NCBI GenBank assembly: GCA_009914755.4
Contig: CP068257.2
Span: 9,440,001 to 9,504,000, forward strand
DNA length: 64,000 bases
Source of the DNA: the human T2T-CHM13v2.0 reference genome, Homo sapiens
Direction: 5' to 3'
Below are positions 58,350 through 64,000 of the stretch, one piece after another. Each line of letters opens with the position of its first letter. The stretch's first letter is position 1. The notes beneath the pieces are model-generated. The model ran no database searches, was not told the DNA's origin, and saw only the letters and a list, made by a program, of their open reading frames with translations. The position numbers and the translations under genes were made by a program.

Positions 58350-58942
58350 ATAAATAATTATATAAAAATATACAATTTCTGCCCTTATTTATCTATATAA
58401 TTTTGTATAATTATTTTATGATTGCTTATTATTCCTTTTAGTAGCCACTTTGAAAATAATTAATGTTTGTATAAAAATAAACATTAATTTAATAAACTAA
58501 CAGAATAGCATATAAATTTCCACTAACATCCTATCAAAATTTATATAATTATAGTATTTTATAAGTCATTTTAGTGCTATATAAAGTTAAGAAAAATGGC
58601 CAAAAGTCTAAAAAAATTAAAAAAAATAAAATAGGAATAGAAAAAGGAAGAAAATTTATTTTTTAAGTTAAAAAATCTTTTTTTAAATGTAGAGAAATAC
58701 ATGTTTTTAAGAGAAAACATACCTTTAATCACAAGAAAAAAGTGCCTTTAAAAATAAAAATATTATATAACATAATAATATAAAAGTTTCTTTTTGAAGT
58801 TTGAAGTTGTTATAGTTTTAAAATTGTATGTATTTGGCATTTCTTTTATTTTGCTTTATGTTAACATTCAAATTTCATCTTCGAATTTTAATTATCCTTA
58901 AACATTTCTAGGTGCCTGTTAGTTGAATTCTAGACAAAATTT

Positions 58943-59085
58943 ATCTTTACAACTTTTTTTATTATACTCTAAGTTCTAGGGCACATGTGCACAACGTGCA
59001 GGTTTGTTACATATATATACATGTGTTGTGTTGGTTTGCGCACCCATTAACTCGTCATTTACATTAGGTATTTCTCTTAATGCTA
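58943..59085 (-). mobile_element. L1 3'-terminal ~140-bp fragment (minus)
   Basis: tttttttattatactctaagttctagggcacatgtgcacaacgtgcaggtttgttacatatatatacatgtgttgtgttggtttgcgcacccattaactcgtcatttacattaggtat. Confidence 0.7.
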
Positions 59086-60789
59086 TCCCTCCCTCATCTT
59101 TTTATCTGCTATACAAATATATTTTTATGCAATATCAGTGTCATTAATATAGTTAATGATATAGTTAGCATAGTTAATTACAAAATGCAGTAATTTTATT
59201 GTTAAATATTATAATTTTAAATTATTATTGATGGTTTTTACAATATGTATCATATTAGTAATACACCTTAACACACCAAAAGTATGTCAGCCCATAATGA
59301 TGTTATTTTACTCGTTTATTTTAGTTTCATGTTTGAAATTTTTATATTCAGCTAATAGAAAAAAAATAACAAGACAGAGAAATACAAATATAGCAAATAT
59401 CGTCCAAGCAATAATCCCCGACTGAACAATGCCAAGATATACATTGTTTGATTTCTTCTTTCATTTAGATATTTGCATGAATTTTAAAGCTTTTGTATAT
59501 TTTTTATTTTATTAAAAATAATTTTCTGTCTTGCTTAACATGTTACTTATTTAAAAACATAAAATATTTAATCTACTTCATATCATCCAAATATATGAAT
59601 TAGCTCATTTTCTCTTCTCTATATATGATCTTGTGTCTTTATTCAGACAAAATAGTTCTGTCATTTAAATGCTTCCTTATCTTTAGCATAGTGTGATTTT
59701 TCTTTTTAAAATTATTATAGTTCAATAATATATCAAGCTAGTGGGAGAAAAGCAAAGGTGAATTAAACTATGTTTCAGTAAAATGTAAAAAAAAAATCTG
59801 ATTTTAAGTAATTACTAACTATGTACAGTCACAAACTCATGAACCAACAGTATAGAAGAAATAATTGGTGCGATTTGGGCAAACTAGAAAAAACCAAGAA
59901 AAATGAAAAGATCTTTTTATATGATCATTCTTAATTAGAGCCACTGACAGTGAATGTAAGAATGTTTAATGAATGTGACCTATAAAGCTTTGCTAGATTC
60001 TGACTGACTCAGAGGTTATATATTACTTCTCACACTTCTTTATTAAAATTATTTTATTTTTAACTTAAGCATCTTTTTTTATAACTAAAGTGACAGTTAT
60101 ACATGAACAAGTATAATAGTTTGTCTAAAATATTTTGTACCAAAACAGGAAGACTGAAGTGTGAATAATCTCAGTAAAAAAGTATAAAATATATTTTAGA
60201 CATGCAGTCATTCATTGAAATGTACACATGAAGTAAATCAAGTGACCTCATTATTGAATAAATTGACTGAGAAATATATGAGGTTGAATTAATTTCTTCT
60301 TCCACAGAATTTTTTTATTTATTTCATTTTTGTTCAATGTTTCTTGATATAAAGTAGATTATTTTCTATTATTTTCAGATGTCTCAGAAATCTTTCCAGT
60401 TCTTTCCTATGGTCTTCAATATGTTTTAAAAAATTAATGCAAAATGTGGACCATTTAAAAACTAGATTTTCTCAAAGATTCAGTGTTGAAGGTAGTGTCC
60501 CTGGAGATTATTTGTTAAAGAATGTTTAAAACTAACTAGCACATGCCTAGTCTTTGACATGATTTGTTTTGTAAGATCCTTGTCATCATGATATGTATTC
60601 AGGAAAAGGAGTATTCTCAGATTACAGATAAAGAAGCTAAGTCAGACATGTATTGAGTATGTAACTTGATGTGAGCCATAAATAAAAATGTGCCAAATAT
60701 ATTAGTTAATTGTATAAATCTAAAGCATTCTATAATAGTATATTATCTCTGGCTGGTGAATCTAGCAAACACAACATATAGTTATCTCT

Positions 60790-60997
60790 CCATATAGGTG
60801 GGGATCAATTCCAGGGGCACCTTCATGTACCAAAATCCACATATACTCAAGTTTCCCAGTTGGCCCTGTGGAACCTGTTTATAGGAAAAGGCAACCCTAC
60901 AGAAAACACCACATTTTTTATTGAGTTTGGTTGAAAAAAAAATGTGCATATAAGTGGACCTGTGTAGTGTACACATGTGTTCAAGGGTCAACTGTAG
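60790..60997. mobile_element. Tigger-like DNA-transposon terminal fragment (terminal inverted repeat, TIR, ending ..caagggtcaactg + TA)
   Basis: ..aaaaaaatgtgcatataagtggacctgtgtagtgtacacatgtgttcaagggtcaactgtag = rc of Tigger terminus cagttgacccttgaac.. Confidence 0.4.
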
Positions 60998-61639
60998 CTG
61001 AAAGCAAACCACATTTAGTTTGTACATATATTTGAGAGAGAATATTTGTGAAGTGTTTTATTTTAAAAAAAAAAGCTCACTAAAGAACTAAAAGAACCAA
61101 AAGCAAACCAAAATATAAAAAATAAACATTTTTCTAGCTCTGCAATTTAAGACATTTACTTTAAATTATTCAAATGTACCTAAATAGGAATCTAATTTAA
61201 TTTCAAGTTTATGCTATTTTTGAAGTAAGAAACATGCTGTGTCATTTATGAAACTAGAAATATATGATTGAAAAAGAGTCTACATAGTGAGAGAACTTGA
61301 CCATAATCTTTGAAAGTAAAATCAAACGAAAGCTTATGTAAAAAGTGTGATCATTAGGCTTTAATTTTTAAATATGATAATAAAATGAGATATTGAATAT
61401 TGCTAAAATTTTTAAATATGTTATGGTAACAGCATACATGGAATATTATACATTTATTCAAATTATGTTTTAAAAATAATGACATAAACATACTTCTTAT
61501 ACATTATGATTGAAATGCTGAGGTTTTATTTAATACATAACCAATAAAGCTAAGAAACCCTTAAAAATCAAGATGTACTCCTTAAATAAAATATTGAGTG
61601 AGTACTTATAAGGCAATAAGTTTTGTAAAATATGCTAAA

Positions 61640-64000
<2,361 letters not shown>

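Overview
This window is primate (human-type) repeat-rich genomic DNA, not a prokaryotic locus. I found no credible cellular protein-coding gene, tRNA, rRNA or CRISPR array, and no previously undescribed system. Positions 1-13320 are a tandem macrosatellite array. It holds about 9.4 copies of a GC- and CpG-rich ~1.41-kb unit containing NotI and MluI sites. This matches my memory of the SST1/NBL2 pericentromeric macrosatellite family. I could not align it, so that assignment is unverified. Each unit carries a conserved promoter-like module directly upstream of a unit-phase ATG, plus a length-variable (GA)n(CA)n tract. The proximal units are near-identical. The distal units diverge progressively toward the array edge at 13320, where the array abuts a truncated old L1. 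The remaining 50 kb is AT-rich interspersed-repeat DNA. It contains at least 12 Alu elements, several with clear target-site duplications (TSDs). It contains L1 fragments of several ages, including a young L1PA 3' end with a 290-codon open ORF2 piece. A heavily deleted HERV-H-like (LTR7-type) provirus has both LTRs, a primer-binding site, a polypurine tract and a 5-bp TSD, and is nested in an older ERV pol remnant. There are ERVL-MaLR elements (THE1/MST-type), one full-length and two partial. There is a Tigger1 DNA-transposon remnant and several microsatellites. The points worth a second look are a mosaic (gene-conversion-like) patch inside the homogenised part of the array, the promoter-like module with a six-frame-track ORF maintained in 8 of 10 units (all 10 have an ATG-initiated ORF in this frame) that looks neutral rather than selected, a ~285-bp tandem repeat bisected by the full-length MaLR, and the nested insertion chronology around the HERV-H element. 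All long ORFs in the array are overlapping, low-complexity products of GC-rich sequence and I reject them as genes. Coordinates of repeat boundaries are by-eye estimates (about +/-10-30 bp).
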